Shown: positions 37,709 to 50,501, counted from the whole stretch's first letter. The stretch: DNA of 57,797 bases, filler included, from Sphacelaria rigidula (GCA_964200075.2; 8 parts of 8 records of this genome joined end to end with filler, not necessarily neighbours in it); one strand, 5' to 3'. Made by a program: numbers and translations. Notes: generated from the sequence alone by a model not told the origin.

Positions 37709-37943
37709 GTGAGCGCGGTGAATGTTGCTGCTTGTGTTACAGTTGCTGCGATTGCCGTCGTCATCACGTCGTTGCTGTTGGTGGTGTTGTTGTCGGTGGC
37801 TGTTGTGATGATGTGGTGCGATTGATGTCCGTGCTGGTTGACCCTGCGAACACGCGCATGTTGTGGATGTTGAAACCTTGTGGTTTTCGAATGTTTGCTT
37901 TCTGTGCTCGGTGATGACGACGTGCTTCTTGGTCTTCACTTAG

Positions 37944-38040
37944 ACAACGTATGGAGGAGGGTGACAAGACGGTGGAGGCTGTAAAGGCACAGGCCAACGC
38001 CCTGGAGGAGGAGGCCGCTGAATTGGCGCGGCAAGAGCAG
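37944..38040 (+). CDS. Exon of a Spc7/KNL1-like protein (coiled coil)
   Basis: CTTAG acceptor and CAG|GTGT donor; QRMEEGDKTVEAVKAQANALEEEAAELARQEQ. Confidence 0.7.
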
Positions 38041-39528
38041 GTGTGTTTGCACATCGTGCGTGCGGCGAGTGTACCTCAACTGAATAACAGCTTTTATTCG
38101 ACAGATCCGTCCGTCTATCGAACGCCGAGATGTGGCATTCGGCCGTTTCTCTGACGTCACGTTCCTCGATATGCACCAATCGCCTATTCATGGTTGTTTT
38201 TATCTTCCGTTTTTGTCAAGGCGAATAATTGCCCAAGGCGAGGAGCAGACAGACCCACGGGCAGACTGACAGCTTTTATCGAGCGTGATCGCCGGCTGCT
38301 GATGAAACCATCTGTAGTACACAAAATGATGCAGAAACCATGTCTAAATTCTTACCTTCTACCGTGAGTACGACGCCCAAGCAGCAAGCCATGCGCAGGC
38401 GACCGAAAATCCCCCCGGTGGAATATTGTCGAGTCGTGAGCGGGGTGCAACGATGTTGGCTTACACTGAAGGCTCGAGCAATCTTTCGATGTGCACGGAG
38501 AGCTGGCGTGAGGTCGCACCGCTGTGAATGACTTGTGTTGAGGTAGCGCTGTTGGTTTGGTGATGCGTTGAACGGCCGTGTGTTGCCCCATTCACTCATG
38601 ACCATCTCATTCTGTGGGTACATTTCTAGCGCTCTGTCGACGTTTCATCCCTTTTTTTCACGTTCCCACGTTTGCTCTTCGTTATCATGTTTGTGTGTTA
38701 CATTTTGTTTCGTTTTTAGTCCATTTTGTCAGTGAGCTTATTTCCCAAATCCTTCATATTATTTCATTTTATTCTAAGCTCTGATCTTCCCCCCTGTTTC
38801 GTTTCCTTGTGTTGACTGGTCCTCCATTGTTGGAAGGACAGAGGTAATAACATGAGTAACTTCGCTAGTTATTCAGCGGTGAAGTCATGCCCCATGATGT
38901 CTCATGATGGCCGTGACTGAAGTGAGTAGGCGGACACAAGGAAACGCGAGGACAAGTACAAGTGCAGCAAGATGAAAGAAATACAAACCAACGGAGAAAG
39001 CGAATAGCAAAGTAAATAGACTTGAATCGACACCGGGTGCAATGCGCAACAGCACACGTCGAACACCTTAATACCACTTTTCATCAGTACGGATCCGGAT
39101 CGTGATCAGGATCATTCAGTCACTGTCCTCATATTTGCTGCCTCAAGCGCTGGACGCCGAGGACGGAGAGTAGCGCAAATGTTACGCTTTGACTTCTCTG
39201 ACCCCGCGGTCACGTTCTGTGTTTTTGGATTACCAGATCTTGGAGTCCTCTCTGATTGGTTATTTTAGGCACGGTAGCTCATGAGCAGTCCAATGTGTGC
39301 ACGATAAGATGGTATCTAAGCCCCGACTATAAGAGCCCAGCTCCCCGAACATTCGATTTTATTTTCAAGCAGAGGTTCGTTCGTACAGCGAGGGCAAAGC
39401 AAAGCAAAGCAAAACAAAGCAAAGCCCGCTGAACGAGGAAACGGGAGTACCTCCAAGGAAGATTGTATCTTTCCGGTGGACGTTTCACTCGTCTGGATTT
39501 TTACCCTTGGTTTGCTCGTCCTGTGTAG

Positions 39529-39672
39529 GAGGCGATCGAGAGGGTGGCCGCGCTGCAGGAAGCCAGGGCACGCCGGGAAGAGCGGAAAAAAGCCGCTGCT
39601 GCCCGCGCTGCCAGCGTTGCCCATCTCCTTGAGGTGGAGGAAGAGTCCATTCGCGCGGAATTGGATGCCTGG
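39529..39672 (+). CDS. Exon of a Spc7/KNL1-like protein (coiled coil)
   Basis: TGTAG acceptor and TGG|GTGAGG donor; EAIERVAALQEARARREERKKAAAARAASVAHLLEVEEESIRAELDAW. Confidence 0.7.
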
Positions 39673-41204
39673 GTGAGGGAGATGATTGATTGATTGATTG
39701 GTTGATTGATCGATTGATTGTCGCACTTTAACTGAGCCCCCAGGGGTCCAAGCCGTGGTCTCAGAATAGACGTAGCCACGAAAAACGAAACTGAAACACG
39801 CGCTGAAGAAAAGAATGAACAGAACGGAGAAGAAACAAAGGGTCGAACAGAACGACATAGCAGACCAAGTCGTAACAAAAAAAAAATGATGAATGACAGG
39901 ATTCGCGTTAATGTGGTTGAATTGTTGGGCAGAGATGCCTCAGTGAGTGGGATGTTATTGGATCTTGTCCGTTTTTTTCATTTTTTTCAAATAGCGATTG
40001 TAGCTTGTTTCAGATGGAGTTGTGTGGGTTGATGAACATGGAGGTATTTGTGGGGTGGTGATTCGCGTGGGATTTGCTGACTTGCGGACAGAAGCGTGAG
40101 ATACAACCCCTGTGAGATTGACGTGTGAGTGGTGGAATGCTACATTGGTGAATTTTAGGTAGAAAGAGGACCAAGGTAGTTGTAAAAGATTGAATTTTTT
40201 TCGTAGGTGAGGTATTTCATTGTGACGAGAGGTGGTGTCCTGGTGAGTAAGCCAGTGGAGTATGAGGGTATGCGCATTTTTCATCCCTGGGTGTGTCGTC
40301 TTCCCACCTGGGCTTGCAGCGGTAACCGGTATACAGATTTCCCCACCGCATCTTTATGTCGTCACGCGTTGCTTCTTCATGGATTCCGAAAACATGTGCT
40401 CTGCATCCGGTTTTTCTTTCGTTTGCCTTCCCCTGTTGTTTTCATTTTCTCGAAGAGCGCGGTGCAAGGGGATGCCCTCGTTGCTTCGTGTTCTTCGTCG
40501 GCTTGTTTGACGCTTGCGTGTTGTAATGCGTGAGAGAACCGCGTGCTTAGAGGACCGCATCGGAACTTGAACATCCCTATGGTTGTGGTTAATGATAGGG
40601 TTAGGGTCACGGTCATGGTCCCTGCAGGGACTGGCGCGATTGATTTTAAAAAACGTCGATCCTGAGGTGTTTTGAACTACGATGCTGTCACCTAAGCACG
40701 CGATCCTCTCACGCATTATTGTGCACCACGTTGTCACACGTGGATGTTACGACGTCAGGACGTGTCAAGGTACTCCATGGAATGTGTGTGCTTGCGCTTC
40801 GTCCTCTTGGTTGCGCTGTGCGTCGCTTCTTTCGCGTTGTACGTGCATACAACATGCGTGTTTTCGTCTCTTGAGCCTTTAGACGTGGAGGCACGGGATG
40901 ATCAGATAGGTTCCTTCAAAATATGGTTGTGATTGCTCGGTGTTATCCGATTGTGCGGAAGTAAAGTGCACTACTTTGTGGTGGCACGCCGCTTCACGTG
41001 CTCGAGAGAGGGAATTTAGCGCGAGAGTCCCGCGCTCAGAGAAGGTAGATCGCGTAAGCATGACCTGGGCAATTCGTTAACACGTACCGGTTGTTGATTG
41101 GTTTATAACACGCTGAGAAAATCAGGGAAGAAGTAAAACTTGCCTCATTTTCTCCTCTCCCTCCTCGCTTTTTTTTTCCTGCTCGTGTGACACCGCACTC
41201 TCAG

Positions 41205-41327
41205 GATTGCAAGGAAATGGTGGACGTGCACCTAGGCCTCCGGCTATGGTGCCGGCCCGTGCGGCTTCACATGGATGGAGTGGTGCTGGCATTCGCTGCC
41301 CCGCACTCGCCGCCTCTCAGACACGAG
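41205..41327 (+). CDS. Exon of a Spc7/KNL1-like protein (start of RWD-like region)
   Basis: Pyrimidine tract plus CTCAG acceptor, GAG|GTAT donor; DCKEMVDVHLGLRLWCRPVRLHMDGVVLAFAAPHSPPLRHE; phase 0-0. Confidence 0.6.
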
Positions 41328-42353
41328 GTATAAACGAGATTTGACTCTTTCCTGCGCCTGGGTGGTGCTGCTGAAATTAGGGGTACGGGTGTTTTCGAGC
41401 CACTTTGGAAGTATCGCTGCGAGAACTGTGTTTGCTCCCATTTGAATGCTTTAATTATCACCTTAATGCACGTAGTCACAATGACTGGCAGCGTTTTGAG
41501 CCACATACAGGCCTGTAGGGAGTATAAGGAAGTATATAGCGTGTGCTTGTAGCCTATCTTGGTTCATGCTGCCCCCCCCCCGTCCTCTGATTGAGTGCGA
41601 GCCTGGTCCGGCGAAAACCCGGCGTGCTCCGTCCCGGCTTTGTAGGGGTGCCAAGGCGATGGTCTCATGACGACGGCATGCATGATCATGAGTACCCTCC
41701 CCTTGAACTGAGGATAACTTACACGAGTGAAGTTTTAGAGATGTACGGTACCATGAGTGCGATACTCGACTTTGCTGCGCACCAAAGTGTGACATTTCCC
41801 ACACGCTTCACGAACCCGAGTCCACTAGCGGAACTCAGAAGTTGTTGAGATACGAGTAGAGGTTGACTCATGTCCTTCTATGTGAGTCGAAAGACTCGAG
41901 TGAGCACGACCTTCAGTCGTACGCTCATGGATTTGCTGTGCAATTTCCAGGGCTTGTGTCGTGGCTCATTTCTGGTCGTGACAGCTCATATTGTGGGCGT
42001 GATCTGGTACCGTATGGAGTGAGGATGGCGATGGTATACGGTGTGTGGTTTGCCTTGTTCGCCTTGGTCATGAGCGTCGTTCGCGTGTTCGGTGTTGAAT
42101 GCTCGTAACGGTATCTTCGTGGTTTCCGGTTTGGTTCTTTCTTGTACTCGCACACCGTTCATGCTCATGCAGGCGAGCAGGTTGGGACCGTGGGATGGAT
42201 GAATATTTTGTTGCCCTGTGCGATACAGGGGGACAAAGACTCACGACACACCCCTTCGTTCCCTCTTGTGCCGAATTCCCCTTGGCTGCTGGTGTTGCTG
42301 TCTTAACTTGCTCCCTCCCTTCCCCCCCTCCTCCCCATCGTTTGAAAAAACAG

Positions 42354-42464
42354 CTGACCTTCGTCCTCACGGACGCACCCGTCGTGAGAGCTAAGTTGGT
42401 GGCGACATACGCAGACCGCAGTGCCAGTGTATCCAATCCGGCGGTTCCCGCTGTTGGTGATGCG
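42354..42464 (+). CDS. Exon of a Spc7/KNL1-like protein
   Basis: AACAG acceptor and GCG|GTAAGG donor; LTFVLTDAPVVRAKLVATYADRSASVSNPAVPAVGDA; phase 0-0. Confidence 0.6.
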
Positions 42465-43194
42465 GTAAGGGTTCATTCTTTTTAAAATATTGTCCCTTAT
42501 GGTAAACTTGAAATACCCATTTAGCTGTCCGCCCCCCCGTGTATGGTCCGTGTGCACGAAATTCGCGTTGATGCCTCGTGCGCTTTACGTATACGAACCA
42601 CACCACGAGTATCTGTGGTTGTCGTACATGACGACTTAGCCGGTTACAGGATGGACGCAGGCAGAGCGCGCATCGTGCTAGTGTGGGACGTGATCTCTTC
42701 AGCGAGCGACTACTGTAGGGTACCTGGTAAACCGGTTGCACCACCTGCTTCGAATCGCTGTCTCGCAAGAAATACTGAGCGTTCCGTCCCAAATTTACTC
42801 ACTTCTTATCAATACCCTCCGAGGTTCACGTGGCGTTTATTCAGCACAGTGCTCTCAAAAATTGGACGTGCTTTCGGATGACGGCGACGTTCCCTGATCC
42901 CTTTTCTTCCAGACATGTTTAAGTGCTCATCGATCGAGATGACTACCCCTATGCTTGTTGTGGTGATACCAGGGATTAAGTTTGTTAGCAGGGAAGACCA
43001 GGGCCTGAAATAGGCCTTCGGCGTGCTCGGCGTGCAGCAAAAAAATAGAGGGTATATACGCCATCCTGCGTAGTTTTACCTTTATTTCTGGTCCGTTCAC
43101 GGCCTTGGCGAAATGTGGGCTTTTCACGAGGGACACGCGGAAACTTGATGCTGAAACGGAGGACAGTTAATGGTATCCTCGGTGTTTTACATGC

Positions 43195-43324
43195 GACACT
43201 TTTTACGATAGCCCCCCCCCCAAAAAAAAAAAAAACAGCTAAAAGTGTCACGAGAAAAATGGCCATACAGTGCCTGATGTTCGGGTCCAGGCTGCATGAA
43301 GCGCCTCATATTGGTGACATTGGC
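43195..43324. mobile_element. Partial copy of the GACACT-TIR MITE at a contig end
   Basis: Reverse complement of ~23905-24023. Confidence 0.85.
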
Positions 43325-43424
43325 NNNNNNNNNNNNNNNNNNNNNNNNNNNNNNNNNNNNNNNNNNNNTTAATTAATTAANNNNNNNNNNNNNNNNNNNN
43401 NNNNNNNNNNNNNNNNNNNNNNNN
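43325..43424. other. Artificial contig linker
   Basis: Same 100-bp N/TTAATTAATTAA block. Confidence 0.97.
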
Positions 43425-43685
43425 GGCGAAGCGGATATCCGTACATCGGAAATTTCAAGGATTATTGCGGAGCGGATATCCGCCAACGAAAATGTCACGG
43501 TGCGGAGCGGATTTTTCGAATATGGTACGGAGCGGAGCGAAGCGGATATCCGCCAGTGGGAGAAATCACGGATTGTCACGGTGCGGATATCCACCCCGTA
43601 CAAATGCCACGGAGCGGTGCGGATTGACAAACCGCACCGTGGTAATCCGTACCGCGGAGCGGATTGTCCTCCGTACACATCCCTG
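43425..43685. mobile_element. End of a hAT-like non-autonomous element with subterminal GCGGA/GCGGATATCC repeats
   Basis: Dense GCGGA motifs ending in ACATCCCTG, i.e. a CAGGGATGT terminus typical of hAT TIRs; the other end is outside the contig. Confidence 0.6.
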
Positions 43686-44676
43686 GTAATTTTCAGACGC
43701 ATCATGATCTGTCCGACGTGTGCAAGAAAACTGCAAAAACCACATCGGACCTCATGGAGGGGTATTTCGGAACTGAAACTGTCTACTCAGTAATTGACCG
43801 CTTCTCACTCTCAATCGTTACCTCTACTCTCAATCTCACGAAAAAGCTGTTACAGATGCCCTCGACCGGTCTCAGCGAGTAGAGCAAGTAATTCCAAGGT
43901 GTCAACATTTGCCTAGCCCTCTCTTCGGGGAAAAAACGACGGAGAAGGGCCAAAAATGCACTTTTGAACAAGTTTTTTTTCAAATTTTATACATAGATAG
44001 CCTCAGACGGATCCTGTAATAGTAATGATGAATAAAATAGGGTCCAGGGGGTTGTGCTTCCAAATGCATATGCGTCATTACGGAGCCGGATTAAGACAGG
44101 CCCGCCATGCGCGCAGGCAACATCTGCGGCGATTTTTCCCGTCTACAGTATCGGAACTTGTACCGGAACTTGACCCATACAACGCGAGGGTAGTCCATCT
44201 GGAGTACGTATGCATAATTATATCAAGTGAAATCGATCCCGATTCAACCGATGACCTACTCTCGCCGTCTAGGGGTTAATACAGGATATCAATTGGAACC
44301 CTAAGACATAACCTTGGAATATTCAGCCGTATACATAGCAGGAGATACTGAGGAAATTGTTTGGCCAAGAGTGGGTGTGTGCAGACAGTCAGTAGCACCC
44401 ATGATCGTCTACAAGATGGAACCAAGTCATTTCAGCATTTTAGAGGTGGTGATTTCGTTCTTTGGCGTGACAGGTCGAAATGCGGAACAAATGGCGCAGG
44501 TCGACAGGCAGAACAAATGCCGGGTCGCAACACGTAGCTTGCAGAGTAATTTACAAACATCAGCAAGCGCATCAGACTCTGAGATGCGCACAATACATGT
44601 TCCCCAACTCATTACCATGCTTCCCCCGCCAACAGTATTTTCAGCTCAAACAAGCTGAAATGTATACCGGAGGCAC

Positions 44677-45648
44677 CTCTTGCAGCCGTTTCTCCGCAGA
44701 AATTTTGGGGATGGCCCCGTTCGGTAAAGTGAGTTTCATCGGACCAATTGGTCTTGAAGTGGACGTGCGATAGAGTAAACGCAAATTGAGATCAAGGACA
44801 GACGGCCCGGATACAGGGAAAACAACGTACAAGTGACAGTATCGACAGACAGCGGAGTACAGTGCAGTCAGTAATGCACGGGAAAACGACTTTCCTCACC
44901 ATGCATGAGGCATATACCCGTTCCGAAGTCGACAACTACCCTACATGCCGCAAAACAGAAATGTATCTACCGTGACTGTACCTACTGTTGTACTCCAAAA
45001 AACACGATTATACGAGTAGGCAAATCCAGAAAACAACTTTCGTACGACGGTTACGGCATTGCTGGATCCCCCGTGGGCCCCCCCCCCCCCCCACCCCACC
45101 CCTCCCTGCGCATCATATGTTCATTTTTTTAAGATCGTCTGCGGCACCGCAAGTTGCCATGTACATGGCTAAGTGCCCTATGGGTTTGGTTTCAGTAGTT
45201 CTATGCAGACTTGCATTTTACAGTACACCCGTCAGCTGCATGTAGCAAGTATGCATGCACAGATTGCCCCGGTCGAAGGTTGGATTGTGCGCACGACGAG
45301 CGGAATACGTTTTTCACCAACAGTACAGCAGTGGTGCATGCTGCAAATAACGAGCTGCTGTCTGTAATCGAAAGCACATCATGTGTCACACATGACACTT
45401 GAACTACAACAGTCCCTTTTACTTCGCAGTTTAATGGAGTGCTTCTTCGTGCGACGGGGGTGACAGACCGTAATCGCAGCAAAATCATCACTTCCTGAGC
45501 ACTGCTTCATCGACTGTTGTCGCCCACCGACAACAGTACACACATACCAACAAAACGCGTGTAGCACCTGGTATGTCTTCATGCCATCCGGGATCGGCCG
45601 AGGCGGAGGGTAGGTTTGAGGTCGCTCATCCTCGGCAGCAGCTGACAT
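44677..45648 (-). CDS. Putative first two exons (45568-45648 and 44677-44752) of an unknown gene divergent from the acyltransferase
   Basis: MSAAAEDERPQTYPPPRPIPDGMKTYQ|GT, then AG|TNWSDETHFTERGHPQNFCGETAAR|GT in compatible phase; no recognisable domain. Confidence 0.3.
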
Positions 45649-46506
45649 GCTCACTCCCCAACCTGCCGGACCCTTTCTCGACGACGGTGTTCTTCTTGCC
45701 GAAGAAGAGGGTGGACCTCCGGAATCGTTATAAGTCGAGTGTTTGAGAGACAGACTAGCAGCTACGCCCGTCTTCAGAATTTTCACAGGTAACAACATTC
45801 AATGACCGAAGGGGGTAAAACGCGCAAAAAAACAAGTAAACCAGGGAGAAGAGCTAGGCAGGGGGAAGAAGAATCGAAAAATCTGTTGGCTAGTAAGATT
45901 TTTCGAGAGTCATAGCCTATTTGTCTGGATTGCTTCAAATACTTTTCAAGAATCATTTCGAGTGTAATGATGTTGTTGTCTTCACATTAAATGCTACGGT
46001 TTATTTTCTTTACGTATGGAGTTGATGTGGAGACTTGCTCTCATAAATAATTCACACGGTACCACAGTAGAGCGATACCACAGCAGAGGCAGTAGAGGCA
46101 TGGACTCTCGCCTTATGGGTTCGGACCTCATCTCCACCACGGGTCTGGACACAAAAGACTAATATTTATACTAAAACTAAAATATCATGTCATGTGTCCG
46201 AACAGGTCGGGCTAGAGTACCACGACAGGTGTGAATCGAAAGTTTGAAGTTCATCCGCGATCTGCCGCTACCCTGCGACTAAAGAGGTGCATCACATCAG
46301 CGGGCGTGCGTTATTCTTTGCACAGGTACATTCATGTGTATATGTTCTAAGATGTATCTATATTCTATTTGAGGTAACCAAGAACGGAGCAACAACAGTA
46401 CAGATCCGGTTCGCACTTAGTCTTGATCCAAGTTGGATCTGTGTTGAGCCGCCATCACAGCCGTCACCGACTCGACCAGGCTGGCAGTCTCTGACGGACT
46501 AAAGAC

Positions 46507-46746
46507 ATGGGACGCGCCAGCCCCTTCCACGTGACCTACGGGGACTACCGCACAGAGGATTTCATAGAGGCTGCGCCTGCCCCACCGCTGTACCAGCTGC
46601 AGAACTCCCTGCCGCGCCTTCCTGTGCCAACCTTGCAAGAGACGTTCAAGCGGTATCTTGCTTCTGTTGAGCCGCTTGCGGAATCACCTGAAGAGTACGA
46701 GAGCCATGTTGCGTCTGCCCGAGACTTTCTGCGGCCTGGCGGTTTG
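46507..46746 (+). CDS. First coding exon of a choline/carnitine O-acyltransferase
   Basis: LPRLPVPTLQETFKRYLASVEPL is the family N-terminal signature; in-frame stop upstream of the ATG; TTG|GTGAGT donor. Confidence 0.9.
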
Positions 46747-47284
46747 GTGAGTGCGATTGTGCTGTGGATTGGAAATCAGTGCCCGGAAGTACGACTGGCG
46801 CTGTGGTTTTGTCCCCAAGTATTTTGGATACAGGCAACAGCCGCTGTTTTCGGTTGGGACTCGATGATGGGCCGCCTGTTTTTGGCTGAAGAAGTTTTAC
46901 AGTAATAGTACAACAACAGTACAGTACAACAGTACAATCCGATACTCGTAGAACGATGTTTTTCTTTCACATTCCCCTTTCCTTGAAGAAACCTGAGCTG
47001 TACAGTAGTAGTATAGCGGTAGAACGTATTGGTCAGGGCAGCGGTTGTCCTACATCCATACATGGTTTAGTTTAGAGGGGGTGTTAAACACCGTAGTACG
47101 GAATAGAAAAGTACAGCATAATCAGCGCCGGCACGTGGGTGAACGTGCTCATCATCGCTTTGATCCCTAGGGAGATCAGTCTGCTAGATCGACATGATTT
47201 TCACTTGAAAGTTGAGCGTACGACCCAGACCCACCGCGATGGTGCCATAACTTCGTGATCTGTTGAGATTCGCACACAAGAGGG

Positions 47285-47353
47285 AACGGTGGAGGGATAT
47301 GAGTCCTCACCCTCTGCGGATAGCAAGTGTTCTGCCAATTGAGCTACGTCGGT
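47285..47353 (-). mobile_element. Degenerate tRNA-derived SINE-like head
   Basis: Minus strand CCGACGTAGCTCAATTGGCAGAACAC (D-arm/A box), with a decayed B box GACTCATATCCC. Confidence 0.45.
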
Positions 47354-48537
47354 ATCGTTGAGGGATAGAGCTCAAGCGGACAGGGCAGAGGAAATGTGAA
47401 AGTGAGATGGGGTAGGGGGATGTATCCCCGCAGCCCGGAAAAATTATACGTGTACCCACGTGCGCACTCGAGATTCATACGCACCATGGGATGATGACAA
47501 AACACGGCTGGTCAGTGCCACATGACCACCGCACCCCGACCGTGGCGACTTGGGTCACACTTCCAATTGGAGCCAGCACAACCAACGCCGAGTACGGTAG
47601 TACAGTAACATGATACTGTACTCTCTTTCATCTCTCACCATTCGTCGCGTGGCCAACTTCCTTTCGCCGATCGACTTCCCACTGCCATCTCGAAAATAGT
47701 AAAGTGCTCTGTTGATAAATTTAAACATCATACTAAATGCTTGTTTTCTCCCCATCCACATATCATCCATGCCGACACATGGTTGAGAGAAAAGAGCTGC
47801 CGCTTTGTGTAACCAACAGCACAGAGAACCCAAGAAAGAGAGCGTCGCGCGCACTGGACCAGAAACATCATGGCGACTGTGTTATGTTTTTGTGTTTGTC
47901 ATCTGTGTTGAGTGTATCGGTACCGCCATGCGCCGTGCTGTCTCTGTAGCATCCGTCCGCTGTTTGGAAGAACATTGAGGACGTGTCACCTCGAGGATGG
48001 GTCATCTGTTGCCTTGGCATAATTTTCACTTGAAAATATAGTCAACACCTGGATGATCCACCCTGGTGAATACGGGGTTAAAGTGTTGAGCTGGCGGCGG
48101 GAAGGGTTCACGCTCTCCGGAGGTTTGGTGAAATCTGATCCTTTGGTGATACCCGTAGACAAAGGGAAGGTACGCAGCGGGGGGGAGGGGGGGTCAGAGA
48201 AGACGACACTTCACTATACTGTACAGCATCGTACTGTCCTGCGTGTTCTATGGACTGCCGTCCACCGACACTGTTGTCATGTGTACGGTACTGTCTCCAC
48301 ATCATCACTCACGTGCTTCATGGTCCTCCAAACAGCGGGCGGATGCTGCAGAGGCAGCATGGCACACATGGTGGTACCGATTGACTCAACACAATTAACA
48401 AACACAAGAGAAGAATGCAGTCGCCATCATGTTTTCTGTTCTAGTAGACGCGACGCTCTTTACCTTGGTTTCTCTGTGCCAGTGGGTACACAAAGCGGCA
48501 GCTCTTTTCCCTTCAAAGTTCGTCGGCGTGCATTATA

Positions 48538-50084
48538 CAGGCTGAATCATACTTATCAACCTAAAAACACTCACCCGCAAAACTTCACGCCGTTTGAAGG
48601 GCTTGGATCATATTTTTTCTTCACACACGTACTATGAGGCATTGCAAATTTTTCGAAGGTCGAGATTTTATACACGTTGTTTTTCCACCGGCTTTCGGGG
48701 GTCCGAGGGTTCTCGGTGACCTACCCAGGGACCTTGGATCCCGTGGGACCCCCAATAAACCGATGAAATATTAGTCAGAAAAAAATCGTTCATCGAAAGG
48801 CTTGCGGTGACCCATAGTACGTGTGTCCATTATGTTATGGTCTCAGGCCGGATGTTATGGTGAACAGATTTTTTGCCCACAGGTTGTTCACTTTTGGGAC
48901 GTTTGACCCACCTTCTGACCCCCCAACCAAGAAAACCGCCAACACACGTCTCGGGCACTTTGCATCACTCCACTGAGAGGAGCCTAGTCTGCTTTTCAGA
49001 TTCGCTTGGCTCGGAGGTTTGAGATTGGCCGCTGAACAAAAAATCGTGCGCAAAATTCTGTGCTTGCCGACCCCCGCCAGTTTGGGCGAACTTTTTTGCG
49101 TACGAATTTTTGTTCAGCGGCCAATCTCGAAACCTCCGAGCCAAGCGAATCTGAAAAGCAGACGAGGCTCTTCTCAGTGGGGTGATGCAAAGTACCCGAG
49201 ACGTGTGTTGGCGGTTTTCTTGGTTTGGGGGTCAAAAGGTGGGTCAAACGTTCCAAACGTTCCAAAAGTGTGAACAATCCGTGGGCCAGAAATCTGTTTG
49301 CCATAACATCCGGTCTCACTCCTAAAAATGGCGTGAAGTTCTGCGATTTTTTTACCGAAGTGAGCTTGACACGTGCAAACGCCCAACTACTTGATTTTTG
49401 TGTGAAACGTTTTTTTCGGGTATGTTGAGAAAAGCCGTGCAATATGACGTTTTCGATTCTCACAACCAAATTTTATGTACATGTTCCTTGGACTACCCGG
49501 GACTCAAAATATCAGTTAAATTTTTTATTTTGAGGCATTCTGTATCGCCTTCCGGGGGTCTTCACGCTAGGACACCCAACAGCCTGTAAGTAGCGGAGAA
49601 ACTTTGAAAGATTGCCAACAATAGTTTTTTCCTATTTGGAGTATCAACATCTACGGAGCTGCCAAGTTTGAGGGCGATCTGAGACAGATATAAGGGGAAC
49701 AACAGAAATCCGACGACGCCAAAACCCCACGTCACCGAAATACCACAGTTTGGGGTATGACTCGATTCCATAGTAACCGTTTCCAAATCTGCTTAGATTC
49801 CCAAGCTGGTGGCGATCATGGCGGCTCTTAGTGTGTGGATATTGCGTAGAAACAGGGTTGAGAATCCGTGTTTTCGACTTCACAACAATTGGAAGGACGC
49901 TGAGTGGTCGAGATGCCTTTTCGCCTTAGCGCCACCGTTATGGCCTTACACAAAATGCCGGCCCTCTCACCCTCTTCGTCTGTTCACTGCAGTCAGTATG
50001 ATACCATGTGTGCGATTTTTGGGTGAGTGTTGCAGGAGGCATTTGCTGATTACACAATTTTGGGTGATGGCTTGAACCAGCCTG
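48538..50084. mobile_element. Non-autonomous Tc1/mariner-like element (TA|CAGGCTG...CAGCCTG|TA) with an internal foldback
   Basis: TA on both sides; short TIRs CAGGCTGAATCA / TGAACCAGCCTG; segments homologous in reverse orientation to 52824-52915 and 55440-56566; no transposase ORF. Confidence 0.75.
48845..49316. repeat. Long palindrome with ~210-bp arms and a 38-nt loop
   Basis: 48845-49055 is a near-exact reverse complement of 49094-49316. Confidence 0.95.
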
Positions 50085-50501
50085 TACATGGGCTGGAAGA
50101 AAGCGAGCATATAATTTTTAATCTTCGAAATGATCAACACAGCACTTTTCTATTTTCGAGCTGGCAGTGGGAAGTCGATCGGCGAAAGGAAGCTGGCCAC
50201 GGGACGAGTAGTGAGAGATGAGGAGAGTACGGCATCATGTTAATGTACACTGTACTCTGTGTTTGTGCTGGCCCGGATTGAAAGTGCGACCCAGGGTCAC
50301 CACCGTCGGGGTGGTCATGGGGCACTGACCAGTCACACGTGTTTTGTCATCACCCCAGGGTGTGTTTTTGTCTTGCAGTGTCTTGTCATCCCGTCTATTC
50401 TCGACGCCAGTCTACGCCTTTCGGTATATGTGAGCGTATTAGCCGGGGTTACACAGGAGGGAGGCCAACACATACACATATATATATATATATATAATTC
50501 T

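Larger units (their letters stand above)
47475..50370. repeat. Pair of ~275-bp diverged inverted repeats (~47475-47750 and ~50095-50370)
   Basis: For example CTTCCTTTCGCCGATCGACTTCCCACTGCCA pairs with TGGCAGTGGGAAGTCGATCGGCGAAAGGAAG. Confidence 0.85.

Noticed and set aside
40595-40620. TTAGGG-like telomeric seed (also ~3605-3640)
   Set aside because: Only one or two exact units; too short to call an interstitial telomere.
48835-49469. Near-identical peptides on both strands (also MPINRHK at 31097 and 31478)
   Set aside because: A direct consequence of DNA palindromes, not of duplicated genes.
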